Shown here: positions 15,446-26,000 of the stretch, in pieces
Layout of the letters: the number at the start of each line of letters is the position of its first letter
Numbering within the stretch: position 1 is the first letter of the stretch
Assembly: GCA_044225505.1 (NCBI GenBank)
Contig: JBGAIN010000088.1
Coordinates: 1 to 33,194, forward strand
DNA length: 33,194 bases
Origin: Limisphaerales bacterium
GTDB taxonomy: Bacteria; Verrucomicrobiota; Verrucomicrobiia; Limisphaerales; SIBE01
Reading direction: 5' to 3'
Position numbers and translations under genes: made by a program
Notes under the pieces: model-generated
What the model was told of the DNA's origin: nothing
What the model saw: only the letters and a program-made list of their open reading frames with translations
Database searches by the model: none

Positions 15446-16441
15446 TCAGCGTTCCCTCGGCTTGGGCGGCGAAGGCACAGATCCAAAGTCAAACTCCAGC
15501 GTTTTGCCCCAGTGTGGAGCCGCGACTGGCTTCGGAGCGCGCCGGTTCGACGCAGTCTCCGGGGCCAACTCGCCGAGCATCTGCTGAAACGTCGCCGCGT
15601 TTCGCAAGGCGTAATCGGACGAATTGTTATTGTAGATGACGTGGGTGCGCGTGGCTTTCTGCGCCAGACCCAGAGTGAATTTGGCAAGCTCAGCCAACTC
15701 CTCTTCGGAATACAAGTAGTCGAAACGCTCCGCGACGGTCTTCCCAGTCAAGTAGCCTTTGACGTTGCGTCCGTGCAGGCGGACGTAAGCGAGTTCATCG
15801 GAAGTGACCACGTCGGAACGGGGCATGGCCATAAAGTGCTCCGTTTTGGGTGCATCCACCGTCACCAACGTCCGCCGCCGCTTCTTAAAGAAACTGACCG
15901 TCGCCTCCGACCGCTCTGGGGCGAGCCAATGGCGATTACGCAGCTCAATGGCCAACGGATATTCCGCAAGCAACTCCATCAAGGAGTCCAACTCTTCCAG
16001 TTTATGCCGCGGTGGTCCGAACGACGGGGTTAACTGCAGCAATAGAGCGCCCAGCTTGCCAGAATTTCGGAGCGGACTAATCTCTTGCAGGAAGAGCGCC
16101 GCCAACGCCTTTTCGAGTTCCGGCGTGAACACGACTTTATCTCCATGCACCTCCGCCCGGTCTCGGAGTGACGCGGGCAATGCTTTAGGAGAGGTGCTAT
16201 GCCGCGAAAAGAGCCGGTGCAATTTAACATTAAAGAGAAACCCTTCGGGCGTCTGTTCACACCACCGCTGCACCACGCGCCGCCCAGGCACAGCATAGAA
16301 ACTCGAGTTGACCTCCACTAAGTCAAAACGCTCCGCATAATAGAGCAATCGGTCAGACGCCGGCAGCGTTCGCGGATACCAATCAGCAATGAACCCAGGA
16401 TCCGTCCAACTCGCGGTTCCTATCCTAACGTGGCCAGGCAT
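15446..16441 (-). CDS. DUF72 (YecE) family protein
   Basis: RIGTASW, VEVNSSFYAVP, TPEGFLFNVK, LLLQLTPSF, AIELRNRHW, YVRLHGRN, YLYSEEEL. Confidence 0.92.
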   Translation of the reverse strand: MPGHVRIGTASWTDPGFIADWYPRTLPASDRLLYYAERFDLVEVNSSFYAVPGRRVVQRWCEQTPEGFLFNVKLHRLFSRHSTSPKALPASLRDRAEVHGDKVVFTPELEKALAALFLQEISPLRNSGKLGALLLQLTPSFGPPRHKLEELDSLMELLAEYPLAIELRNRHWLAPERSEATVSFFKKRRRTLVTVDAPKTEHFMAMPRSDVVTSDELAYVRLHGRNVKGYLTGKTVAERFDYLYSEEELAELAKFTLGLAQKATRTHVIYNNNSSDYALRNAATFQQMLGELAPETASNRRAPKPVAAPHWGKTLEFDFGSVPSPPKPRER

Positions 16442-16608
16442 GCCTTACTTTAAACGGAAACGGATGAATTGCACGCGCGCGCCCGGATTGGAGTTGCGAG
16501 ACTCGAGAAGTTCCCCATGACGAAGCCCCTGGCATCCGAGCGGGCTCGGATTTCAGCTTTCGCCCGCGCGGAACTCGTGGCACTCTCGAACACGCCATTC
16601 GCCATCTC

Positions 16609-18528
16609 ATGTCGACGCTCCATTCTATCACGGCTCTCGGCTGTTTCCTCGGCGTTGCCCTTGTTCCATTTCCTGGAAGGGGCGCGGAATCGGAATCGAT
16701 GCGGACCCGAACGCTGCGGATGCTCGACCGGCGGGCCGAGTTTCAAACCAATGCCACACGCCAAGCCCGAGCGTTCCACGCCTTTGGATTTGTCGACCGC
16801 CGGGAGGCGAGCGGAATTACTTTCGAGCACCATAGCGTCGCGGACGCGGGTAAACTCTACAAAGCAGCGCACTACGATCACGGCAATGGGGTAGCCATCG
16901 CCGATGTCGATGGAGACGGCCTGCTCGATATTTATTTCACCACGCAGTTGGGGGCAAACGGTCTCTGGCGCAACTTGGGCAGAGGACGTTTTGAGGAAAT
17001 CACCGCTGCCGCGGGAGTGGGTCTGGCGGATCAAATCAGCGTTGGGGCTTCTTTCGGAGACCTGGATAATGATGGGGATCCAGATCTCTTTGTCACGACG
17101 GTGCGACATGGCAATCACTTCTTTCGCAATGACGGCAAAGGACGATTCACCGATGTCACCAAATCGGCCGGCCTCGACTACTCGGGACATTCTTCAGGCG
17201 TGGTCTTTTTCGACTTCGACCGCGACGGGCTTCTGGACCTTTTCCTGGTCAACGTCGGAAACTACACCACCGAGGAACGTGGGCCCGGAGGCTATTTTAT
17301 TGCCCGGCAGGACGCTTTCTCCGGCCATTTGTTTCCGGAAAGAACAGAACGAAGCCGGCTTTATCGCAACACGGGCCAACTCCACTTTGAAGATGCCTCG
17401 CCGCTGCTCCATTTATCCGAAACCGTGTGGAGTGGAGATGCGACGAGCACAGATCTCAACCAGGATGGCTACCCGGATTTATACATCGTCAATATGCAGG
17501 GAGACGATCACTACTTGGAAAACCAGGGCGGCCAAGGATTTGTCGACAAAACAGCAGCCTATTTTCCCAAGACACCCTGGGGCGCCATGGGGGTTAAGTT
17601 CTTCGATTACAACGGGGATGGGTTGCTCGATCTTTTTGTCACCGACATGCATTCGGACATGACGCAAGGCCAAACCGAGAAAGCGCTTGGGTTTCAACCG
17701 CAGATCGAGAAGAACAAGAGCGAAGCGTTCTGTTCGGTCCAATGGACCGAGGATTACCTTCAAGGAGCTTCCAACAATATTTTCGGCAACGCTTTTTACG
17801 AGAACCGCGGCGGAGGCAAGTTCGTCGAAGTCTCCGAACGGCTTGGAGTGGAGACCTACTGGCCTTGGGGTGTCAGCGCCGGCGACTTGAATGCCGACGG
17901 TTACGAGGATCTCTTTGTGACCGGGGGAATGGGGTATCCTTTCCGATACGGCATCAACTCCCTGCTCCTGAACGAGCTTGGGAGCCGATTCGTTGATGCT
18001 GAATTCATCCTCGGGGTCGAACCCCGGCAAGGACGGCGGACGCAGAAGCCGTGGTTTGTGCTCGACTGTGACGGGAGCGATCGCGCGGATCCGCTCTGCC
18101 AGGGGCGTGCGGGTCGACAAACCGTGATGGGGGTTTTGAGCAGCCGCTCCTCCGCCATTGTGGACATCGATGGGGATGGGGATCTTGATATTGTGACCAA
18201 TGACTTTAATGATCGGCCCCAAATCCTGATAAGCAACCTGGCCGAAAAGAAAGCGATTCACTTTTTGAAAGTGCAGTTGACCGGCGTCCATGGCAACCGG
18301 GATGGCCTCGGGGCGACCGTGCGGGTGCATGTGGGCAACCGAACACTCCTCCAATGCAACGATGGCAAGTCCGGGTATCTCGCGCAAAGTTCCGTTCCTC
18401 TCTATTTTGGACTGGGTGAAACCAGCTCGGTCGATTGGGTGGAAGTTCTCTGGCCTTCCGGGCGCGCTCAGCGCCTCACCACGGGCATTCCCGTGAATGG
18501 CCTGCTGCGCGTGGTAGAAGTGAAGTAA
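16609..18528 (+). CDS. CRTAC1-family FG-GAP repeat protein with ASPIC/UnbV domain
   Basis: Signal peptide, repeated DxDGDGxxD motifs, C-terminal NRDGLGATV...SGYLAQSSVPLYFGLG...WPSG. Confidence 0.92.
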   Translation: MSTLHSITALGCFLGVALVPFPGRGAESESMRTRTLRMLDRRAEFQTNATRQARAFHAFGFVDRREASGITFEHHSVADAGKLYKAAHYDHGNGVAIADVDGDGLLDIYFTTQLGANGLWRNLGRGRFEEITAAAGVGLADQISVGASFGDLDNDGDPDLFVTTVRHGNHFFRNDGKGRFTDVTKSAGLDYSGHSSGVVFFDFDRDGLLDLFLVNVGNYTTEERGPGGYFIARQDAFSGHLFPERTERSRLYRNTGQLHFEDASPLLHLSETVWSGDATSTDLNQDGYPDLYIVNMQGDDHYLENQGGQGFVDKTAAYFPKTPWGAMGVKFFDYNGDGLLDLFVTDMHSDMTQGQTEKALGFQPQIEKNKSEAFCSVQWTEDYLQGASNNIFGNAFYENRGGGKFVEVSERLGVETYWPWGVSAGDLNADGYEDLFVTGGMGYPFRYGINSLLLNELGSRFVDAEFILGVEPRQGRRTQKPWFVLDCDGSDRADPLCQGRAGRQTVMGVLSSRSSAIVDIDGDGDLDIVTNDFNDRPQILISNLAEKKAIHFLKVQLTGVHGNRDGLGATVRVHVGNRTLLQCNDGKSGYLAQSSVPLYFGLGETSSVDWVEVLWPSGRAQRLTTGIPVNGLLRVVEVK

Positions 18529-18855
18529 AACGGAAGCACAGTCTCCGGATTGCACTCCTCCGCTGTCGCTTATTTCAGGCCTCAAGGGCTTCACCTGCGA
18601 CCTCACGATCCACCGCTGGATCGCCGGGACCGATCGGACGCTGGGCGTGTCGCGTCGGCTGATCGACTCCTATGGACCGATGGTTCCGCCGAACTCGGGC
18701 GGGCCCGACGCGGCGGGGTCGTTCGCCTAATCGAAATCCGACCATTCGGCCAACCCTGCCGCCGCCCGAATTGCTCGCCTCCCCTGAAGACGAGACCGCT
18801 CCGCACGCCTCTCGGCGCGCAGAGCGCTCGTGTTCCAGGTGCCCGAAATTGTTGC

Positions 18856-21800
18856 TTATTGCGTAAGCCGATAGAACTTACGTTGAGCCTGACCAATCCC
18901 GATGGTCACGGTCGTGCCGGTCGGTGCGGGAGTCACGTTCTTCCAACCGCCAGGCAGAGCGTCCGTCTCCTGCAGCGTTCCCGATCCAGTCCAGCTGATG
19001 ACCAAGTTTGCTCCAGTCAGCTTAGCCGTGAGTTGTGACGGGACCGAAGGAGTCGGACACACATCTTCCTCACCCGTGAGCGAGGCGTTGTCGAAATAAC
19101 CCCGCGCCACGTTGCCCGTCTCGTCGACGTAAGTCGCAAAACCAAACGTCAGGTTCTGGCCGAATGGGAAGGGCACTTCCGCACCGAGCACGCCGTCGAC
19201 ATAGAGTTTTGCCGTCACTCCATTGACGACGATCTTGGGACGGTGCTTGCTGCGGTCGTCGAAGCTGCCTCCATCAAACGCCAGCATGTTGACACCGGCC
19301 CCGGCGATATCGTCATCCGCGCCGCCCGTGACTTTATTGTAGCGCCAGCCGAAATTCCGGCCGTCATGCGCGATGTAATCGTTCAGGAAGAGCGAATGCC
19401 CGCTCCCGTCCCGCACCAGGATGCCGCTCCGCTGTTCTGCGCCTGTGCCCGTGAACAGAACGAATTCCACTTTGGCTCGGTCGACCTCGAAGGTGACCGG
19501 TGCCGTCCGGGTCGCATTGTAGGAACGCGCGGTCAGGACCGCAAACCCAGGCCAAAGAGAAGCCTCAGCCGTGACATCGATTTTCACCTGACCATTTGTG
19601 ATCGTCACACTGGAATCCGCAGTCGCCGTTCCCGTATCCAGCGGATTGGCATCCACGGTCCATTTCGCGGTGTCTAGAGCGGCTGCGGAGAAGTCGTCCG
19701 TCAGCAATGTCTTCGGACAAGCGACTACTTCGACACTAACAGACCCAGCGACACAGGCCGACGGAGTGCTAGCGAGTTCGAAGGTCGTCGCCCCTTTACC
19801 AACCGGCGTGATCGCGATCGTCTGACTGTTGGCCGCGCCCGCGGCGAAGTTCAATGTGAGAACCCCGTTCACTGCGCCGGCGGGAATGGCGACGGCCGGA
19901 TCGCGGCTGGTCACGGTGACCGTGACGGGGGCCGCATCGTTCAGGAGTTGCGGCACGGTAACGGTCAATTCCCGGCTGGCTTCCGCTCCCGTCATGCTGA
20001 CGACTTGCGGAGCCGCGGAGAGGCAAGGCAGGATGTTTTCAGCTTTGACGTTGTCAAAGAACCCAGTCACCGAGTCGCCTGCAGCCCGGCCATAGACCCC
20101 GAGTTCAAAGATGATTCCAGTGGAAACGTCGAAAGCGAATCGCCCTCCCGACCGACCGTCCAGGAAGACCTCCACCGTCTTTCCATCTGCCACCAGTTTC
20201 AGCTTGTGCGATCCTGTGTCGGTGACATCGGCAAAGGCGGTCACGGCGGTGCCGCTGCCGGTGGCGCTGCCCGGGTTGACATTCACTTCCCAGTTGTTCT
20301 CTCCCACATTCTGACCGAAGAAGACGAATTTAGAACGGTCCGCGGTCGTGATGAAGACACCGGATCGTCCCGCGGTGCCGTCCTGGGCAAGCGAAACCCG
20401 GTCCACTTCAAACGAGAGATTCAGATCTCGAGTTGCCACGTAAGTCTTGGCTGTTTTCAGGGATGCGCCCGGCCAAAAGTCGGCGTCGGTCGTTCCAGAA
20501 ATCTGCAACGTTCCGCCCGTTTGGGTAACGGTGTAAGCACCGGTGCCCGTCTCAAAGCCGTTCGTGGAGGTTTGCCATTTGGTGTTATCGATCGTGTTTG
20601 CCGCGAAGTTCTCTTCAAGCACGACACCAGGTCCGGAGATCACGGCCGCACTCAGCTTATTGCCGCCTTCCAGATCGCCCTGAATTGAGAATTGGGCTCC
20701 TCCTAACGCAACTCCTTTCACACGGAAGGTCGCGGTGTTCGCGCCCCCAGCCGGGAAGGTTAACGCGAGCGAGCCGCCCGTGCCTCCCTCAGGAATCGCG
20801 ACGGCGGGATCGCTGCTCACCACCCGCAACTGAATCGCCGATTGGGCGTTGAAGCCCTGCGGAATCTGGACGGTAACCGGCAGCGACGTTTGCCCAACGC
20901 GCACGCTCACGGAATCCGTGGCGAACGAGCCTTTGCCCGTGCTCTCGATATTAAGATTATCCCAAGTCGTCGACGCGGTGTCATTGTTGGCTCGAGCGTA
21001 GCTGCCGAATTCGAAGATCACCGGCGAGAAGGGAAACTTCACTTCCGGTCCTGGGATTCCATCCAGGAATAGCTTCACGCTCTTGCCATCCGCCGTCATG
21101 CTCATGCGGTGCAACCCGCCGTTGTCAAAGACATCTCCATTGAACGCGGTTATGTCCGTCCCGCCGCCGGTTGGCACGTCCCCATCTTCGCCGATCTTTC
21201 GGTTGTAATGCCAGCCGCCCTCGCCGCGTACATCGGCAAAGAGGACGTAGCGCGTCTTGGTTTCATCCAGGATCCACAGGGCACTACGAGAAGCTGTGCC
21301 TTGACCCGCTTCCGCCACGCGATCAATGGCCAGAGTAATGGTCTGTTGATCTGACGGCGCGAAGGTAGGAACGATCTGAAGCGTTCCACCGGACCACCAC
21401 TGCTGACTGGTGGTCCCGACAAATTCGATCACTCCATCGTGTGCCGTCGCATGAATATCTCCGACGCCCCCTTCGAAAAACGGAGCATCTGCCTTATATC
21501 GTGTCGGATCGATCGTGTTTCCAGCGAAATTGTCCGTGAAGATCGGCCTTGGGCCGCTCCCTGCCACCGTCTCGACCTTGATGTTATCCCACTTCGTTGA
21601 GGCGGTGTCGTTGTTCGCCCGCGCGTAGCTGCCAAATTGGAAGATTACCTTGGAGAACGGGAACTTAACTTCGGCTCCCTCTTTACCGTCCAACATCAGT
21701 TTTACGGTCGCGCCGTTTGCCACGATGCTCATCCGATGCAATCCGCCATCGTCGTATTGGTCGCCGTTAAACGCGGTAATGTCCGTGCCGCCGCCGGTGG

Positions 21801-22884
21801 GAACGTCGCCGTCCTCCCCGATCTTGCGGTTATAGTGCCAGCCGCCTTCCCCACGGACGTCGGCAAACAGCACATACTGTGTTTTGGTTTCGTCCAGAAT
21901 CCAAAGCGCACTTCGCGAGGCTGTCCCCTGCCCAGCTTCCGCCACACGGTCGACCGAGATCGTCACCGGCGTCGATTCGGACGCATTGAATGTCGGCACG
22001 ATCCGGAGAGTGCCTCCAGACCACCACTGTTGGCTGGTCGTTCCCACAAACTCAATGACCCCGTCGTGCGCCGTGGCATGGATATCGCCAACGCCACCTT
22101 CAAAGAAAGGCGCGTCCGGTTGAAACTTAGAAGGGTCGATGGTATTCGACGTAAAGTCGTCAGAGAATGCCACCACCGTCTTGACCGCCGTCTCGATCTT
22201 CAAATTATCCCACTTCGTTGAGGCGGTGTCATTGTTCGCCCGCGCGTAGCTGCCAAATTGGAATATTACTTTGGAGAACGGGAACTTAACTTCCGTTCCC
22301 TCTTTGCCGTCCAACATCAGTTTTACGGTTGCGCCGTTCGCCACGATGCTCATCCGATGCAATCCGCCATCGTCGTATTGGTCGCCGTTAAACGCCGTAA
22401 TGTCCGTGCCGCCGCCAGTAGGAACGTCGCCGTCCTCCCCGATCTTGCGGTTATAATGCCAGCCGCCTTCCCCACGAACGTCGGCGAACAAAACATACTG
22501 CGTCTTGGTTTCGTCCAGAATCCAAAGCGCACTTCGCGAGGCTGTGCCCTGCCCAGCTTCCGCCACACGGTCGATCGACACTGTAACGGGCGCGTCTTCG
22601 CTCGCGTCGTAGGTCGGGACGACGCGCAGCGTCGCGCCGGACCACCACTGCTGGCTGGTGGTTCCGACAAACTCGATGACGCCATCATGCGCGGTCGCAT
22701 GAATGTCGCCGGTGCCGCCCTCGAAAAAGGGTGCGTCCGCCTGATACTTGGTTGGATCGATCGCGTTGGACGCGAAGTCGTCCGAAAGGAGCACTTTGGA
22801 AGACTGGGCAACGCTCATCAGTGAGCCGGCTGCCAGAAGTGCCAGTGTACAAAACCACGTCACGAGTGAGTTAGTTCGTTGCAT
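18856..22884 (-). CDS. Large secreted/surface protein with tandem lectin-like beta-sandwich repeats and C-terminal 'FYRL' domain
   Basis: Start MQRTNS with signal peptide; three ~207-aa near-identical repeats plus two diverged ones separated by Ig-like SSDPAVAIP modules; C-terminus LVISWTGSGTLQETDALPGGW...FYRLTQ. Confidence 0.85.
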   Translation of the reverse strand: MQRTNSLVTWFCTLALLAAGSLMSVAQSSKVLLSDDFASNAIDPTKYQADAPFFEGGTGDIHATAHDGVIEFVGTTSQQWWSGATLRVVPTYDASEDAPVTVSIDRVAEAGQGTASRSALWILDETKTQYVLFADVRGEGGWHYNRKIGEDGDVPTGGGTDITAFNGDQYDDGGLHRMSIVANGATVKLMLDGKEGTEVKFPFSKVIFQFGSYARANNDTASTKWDNLKIETAVKTVVAFSDDFTSNTIDPSKFQPDAPFFEGGVGDIHATAHDGVIEFVGTTSQQWWSGGTLRIVPTFNASESTPVTISVDRVAEAGQGTASRSALWILDETKTQYVLFADVRGEGGWHYNRKIGEDGDVPTGGGTDITAFNGDQYDDGGLHRMSIVANGATVKLMLDGKEGAEVKFPFSKVIFQFGSYARANNDTASTKWDNIKVETVAGSGPRPIFTDNFAGNTIDPTRYKADAPFFEGGVGDIHATAHDGVIEFVGTTSQQWWSGGTLQIVPTFAPSDQQTITLAIDRVAEAGQGTASRSALWILDETKTRYVLFADVRGEGGWHYNRKIGEDGDVPTGGGTDITAFNGDVFDNGGLHRMSMTADGKSVKLFLDGIPGPEVKFPFSPVIFEFGSYARANNDTASTTWDNLNIESTGKGSFATDSVSVRVGQTSLPVTVQIPQGFNAQSAIQLRVVSSDPAVAIPEGGTGGSLALTFPAGGANTATFRVKGVALGGAQFSIQGDLEGGNKLSAAVISGPGVVLEENFAANTIDNTKWQTSTNGFETGTGAYTVTQTGGTLQISGTTDADFWPGASLKTAKTYVATRDLNLSFEVDRVSLAQDGTAGRSGVFITTADRSKFVFFGQNVGENNWEVNVNPGSATGSGTAVTAFADVTDTGSHKLKLVADGKTVEVFLDGRSGGRFAFDVSTGIIFELGVYGRAAGDSVTGFFDNVKAENILPCLSAAPQVVSMTGAEASRELTVTVPQLLNDAAPVTVTVTSRDPAVAIPAGAVNGVLTLNFAAGAANSQTIAITPVGKGATTFELASTPSACVAGSVSVEVVACPKTLLTDDFSAAALDTAKWTVDANPLDTGTATADSSVTITNGQVKIDVTAEASLWPGFAVLTARSYNATRTAPVTFEVDRAKVEFVLFTGTGAEQRSGILVRDGSGHSLFLNDYIAHDGRNFGWRYNKVTGGADDDIAGAGVNMLAFDGGSFDDRSKHRPKIVVNGVTAKLYVDGVLGAEVPFPFGQNLTFGFATYVDETGNVARGYFDNASLTGEEDVCPTPSVPSQLTAKLTGANLVISWTGSGTLQETDALPGGWKNVTPAPTGTTVTIGIGQAQRKFYRLTQ
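20945..22790 (-). repeat. Intragenic tandem triplication, ~621-627 bp unit
   Basis: ttatcccacttcgttgaggcggtgtc at ~21584 and ~22205 (offset 621); more diverged third copy at ~20957; protein repeats near-identical. Confidence 0.9.
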
Positions 22885-23045
22885 AAGCCGTTTAGGTTCG
22901 GGGAACAACCGTGTGTAAAACAAACAGCCGCTCCTTGTCAAAGCATTTGTGACAGGACGGCAAGAAAGTTCTTATCCAGCCTGATTTCGATCCCAACGCT
23001 TCAACCCGGCAGGATTAACAACCGCACAGGCGTCCGGCCACAAGG

Positions 23046-26000
23046 TCAACGGACCAAAGCTTCGTTCGCTATCGCTTGGACCTGACTCGCCCCAGCGGGC
23101 ACCGGCACGCGTTGCGTTTTGCCTCCAGGCCAGCGCACCAAGACGGCAACGGCCGCTCGCGGGGTCGATAAGATTTGGGTGACCGCATCTTGCGACCAGT
23201 AGCCAGAGCCCGCATGAACCTCGCGGATCGGTCCGCGCCCTCCCTCCGCGTCCTCGATTTGTAGCGTCACTCCTATACCGCTTGGATTGCCAACCGGTCC
23301 CTGGAGTTCCACACGCAACCCTGGTTTGCCCGTGCGATTGTGGTAGAGCAGCGTCGGATTGGCGTTCTGGCCAATTGCCAGGTCCGGACGGCCATCGTGG
23401 TCATAGTCGCACACCGCCGCGCCCCGGCCTTCGCCATCCACGCGAATTCCACTCTCGGCACCGAGAATGGGGTGGAAGGTTCCGTCGCCTCGTCCGCGCA
23501 AGATCAACCCCGAACCGGCGTCATATCGGGAGGTTTCCGGAGGAACGGCAAAGAAGTTCTGATTGAGGAATAGGTCTTCCTTTCCATCTCCGTCAAAGTC
23601 AGCCACCGCCAACCCGAATCCCAGAGCCCATTGCGCCTCTTTCGGCAGCGGGCGCGCTTCGAACTGGCCATGCCGGTTGAGAAAAACCATGGAATCCAGG
23701 GTCGTTACACTCGACACCTGAAACTCTTTCAGTCTGGCACCGAGAATCTCTTCCACTCCAGCAAGACTGAATTCCGTAAAGCTGTGATAGCGCTCGCGAA
23801 TGAACGGCAAGATGCGCGCCAGACTTTCCCAATCTTTGGACGGTACGAACTTCTTAAGATCCGGATCGAATTGGGCTTCAATTAACTCCGACGTCCCGTC
23901 CCCATTGAGGTCGCTGGAGTAAAGACGCAGGGGCTGCGCCAGGTAGGCTTGGTATTTACTATTTCGCCCCCAGTTCCCCGCCGCCAGGTCGAGAGTGCCG
24001 TCGCCGTCGAAATCCCCGGCCGTCACGCTTTGCCACCAACCGGAATATGGCGTCAACCCCCACGCCTCGGTCACTTCCTGCCAGACCGTTCCTTTGCGCT
24101 GATAGATCCGCAGAGGGCCCCATTCGCAGGCGAGAATCAGTTCCGGCACGCCGTCGTTGTTCAGATCACTCCAAACCGCACTGTTCACCAGGCCTACCTT
24201 CTCGAAAGTCCGCGTGGCAACCTCGTCCAACCCCCAGTCTTTCCCTTGCGGTTGGAACATCATTCCAGAAGCAGGCTCAGGGTATCGTCCTGGAATAACT
24301 TGGCCACCGACCCACAAGAGGAGCTGCCCGTCCGGGCCACCTGGCCCCAGGGTCAGCGGTCCGGTGCTAGCCCGTTGTCCTGGCCAAGGTTTGCCTGCAG
24401 AACTGCCTCCCAGCTGGAAGACCCGCGCCACGCCCCCGTTGGTCAGACCATCTTCGTAGTTGGCGGAACCGGCCAGCAATTCCACCCCCCCATCCGACCG
24501 GCGTTGCGCGATAATGGCGGTCTGGTCACGCGTGATCGTCCCGGCGAACGCGGGATCTGTCATCGGCGCGAACCCACCGTGTCCATCGTTCTTGAAGCCG
24601 GCCATTTTACCGCCTTTCGCCGCGCCGATTACCAGGTCTTCCCAGCCGTCCCTATCCAAGTCGAACCAAGTCACGCCTGGACCTCCCTGGCTAAACCGTC
24701 GCGGCAGCATCGGTTGCCGCGCGAAATCATCCCACGCGACCTCCTGATGCGTATGGCGCATAATGGCGCTGGCGTTTTCGAACCAAGTCACGGTTGGGGT
24801 GACCGGCTGGGGCGGAGCGGGCTCCGCGTCGGTTGCATCAATCTCAACCGAGTGGTTCGCTGGAAGGTCGCGAATGGTGCTGCGCCGGCCATCCCGCCAG
24901 ACCACTTCCACCCGCGCTCGATGGCTCGCACTGCCCATCGCGAAGGTAGCTAAGCGATCGTCCGACGAGAGATATCGCCCGCCCGACGTCACCTCGCGCG
25001 ATTGGACAGGGAAGCCAGGCGCAGACACCCGAATGCGCGCCCCGATCGCTTCCAGGTTCGGAGCCGTTCCGCGGAGGTGCACGGCCAGGCGCGGTGCCGT
25101 GCTGTCGTTTCGATAAACGAGCACCGGTCCATTTAAACAGCTTATCACCACGTCGAGATCGCCATCCCCGTCCAAGTCGGCCAGTGCGATCCCCTGCGAA
25201 ACCTGCGTCGAGTCGAATCCCCACGCCGTCCCGGTCTCTTCAAATGTCAAATCCTGTCGGTTTCGAAAGGCGAAGTTCGGCGTGGCGTAAACCGGGAATA
25301 GTTTGCGCAATTGCATCTGCGCCACACGCGACATCGGGCGCTGCCGAATGGCCGCTTCAATCCGGCGGGAGAGGTCGATGTTCTGGGCGTCCCGCTCGTG
25401 GCCGGTGACCATGAGCAGGTCGGGGTAGCCGTCCAAATCGACATCGAGAAACACCGGGCACCAACACCAGTCAGCCGCTTCCACGCCGCTGAATTGCGCG
25501 ATCTCCGCGTACGTTCCATCGCCACGATTCCAATAAAGCATGTTTCGCGAATACTGAGGACGATCATCGATCGCCCCGACTCCAGCTGGCATCATCTTTC
25601 GATCCGAAATCTGGACCTGCCGACGCGCGTGGGATCGACTGAGCATATCTGCCACGCAGATCTCGTCGTGGCCATCGCCGTCCAGGTCGGCAAAGTCCAC
25701 CCCCATTGAGAACAAGCCTGTGTGTCGCAACGCCCGCGGCGCCAGCTCGCGAAAGTTTCCCCGGCCATCATTGATCCAAACCCGGTCCTCGGATTGGAAA
25801 TCGTTGCAGACGTAGAGATCCGGGGCGCCATCCTCGTTAAGATCATGGAACATGGCGGACAATCCCCAATCGTAAGGCACGGCGATGGCCTTGCCTTTGG
25901 CGTCGAGAAACCGGCCTTGCGTCCAGCTTGCCGCCACAAACTTCCCGCCGCCCTGATTCAGATAGAGAACATCCGGTTCACCGTTCTCTAAAATCCCTGT

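Noticed and set aside
14071..15687. 538-aa minus-strand ORF
   Set aside because: Overlaps the well-supported CotH, Fpg/Nei and DUF72 genes and has no recognisable motifs; GC-rich shadow ORF.
17479..18606. 375-aa minus-strand ORF (likewise 23949-24953 and 27077-28093)
   Set aside because: Antisense to better-supported genes; typical shadows of GC-biased codon usage.
20945..22790. Near-identical repeats as a DGR template/variable region pair
   Set aside because: All copies are in-frame domains of one gene, the differences look mostly synonymous rather than adenine-specific, and there is no reverse transcriptase.
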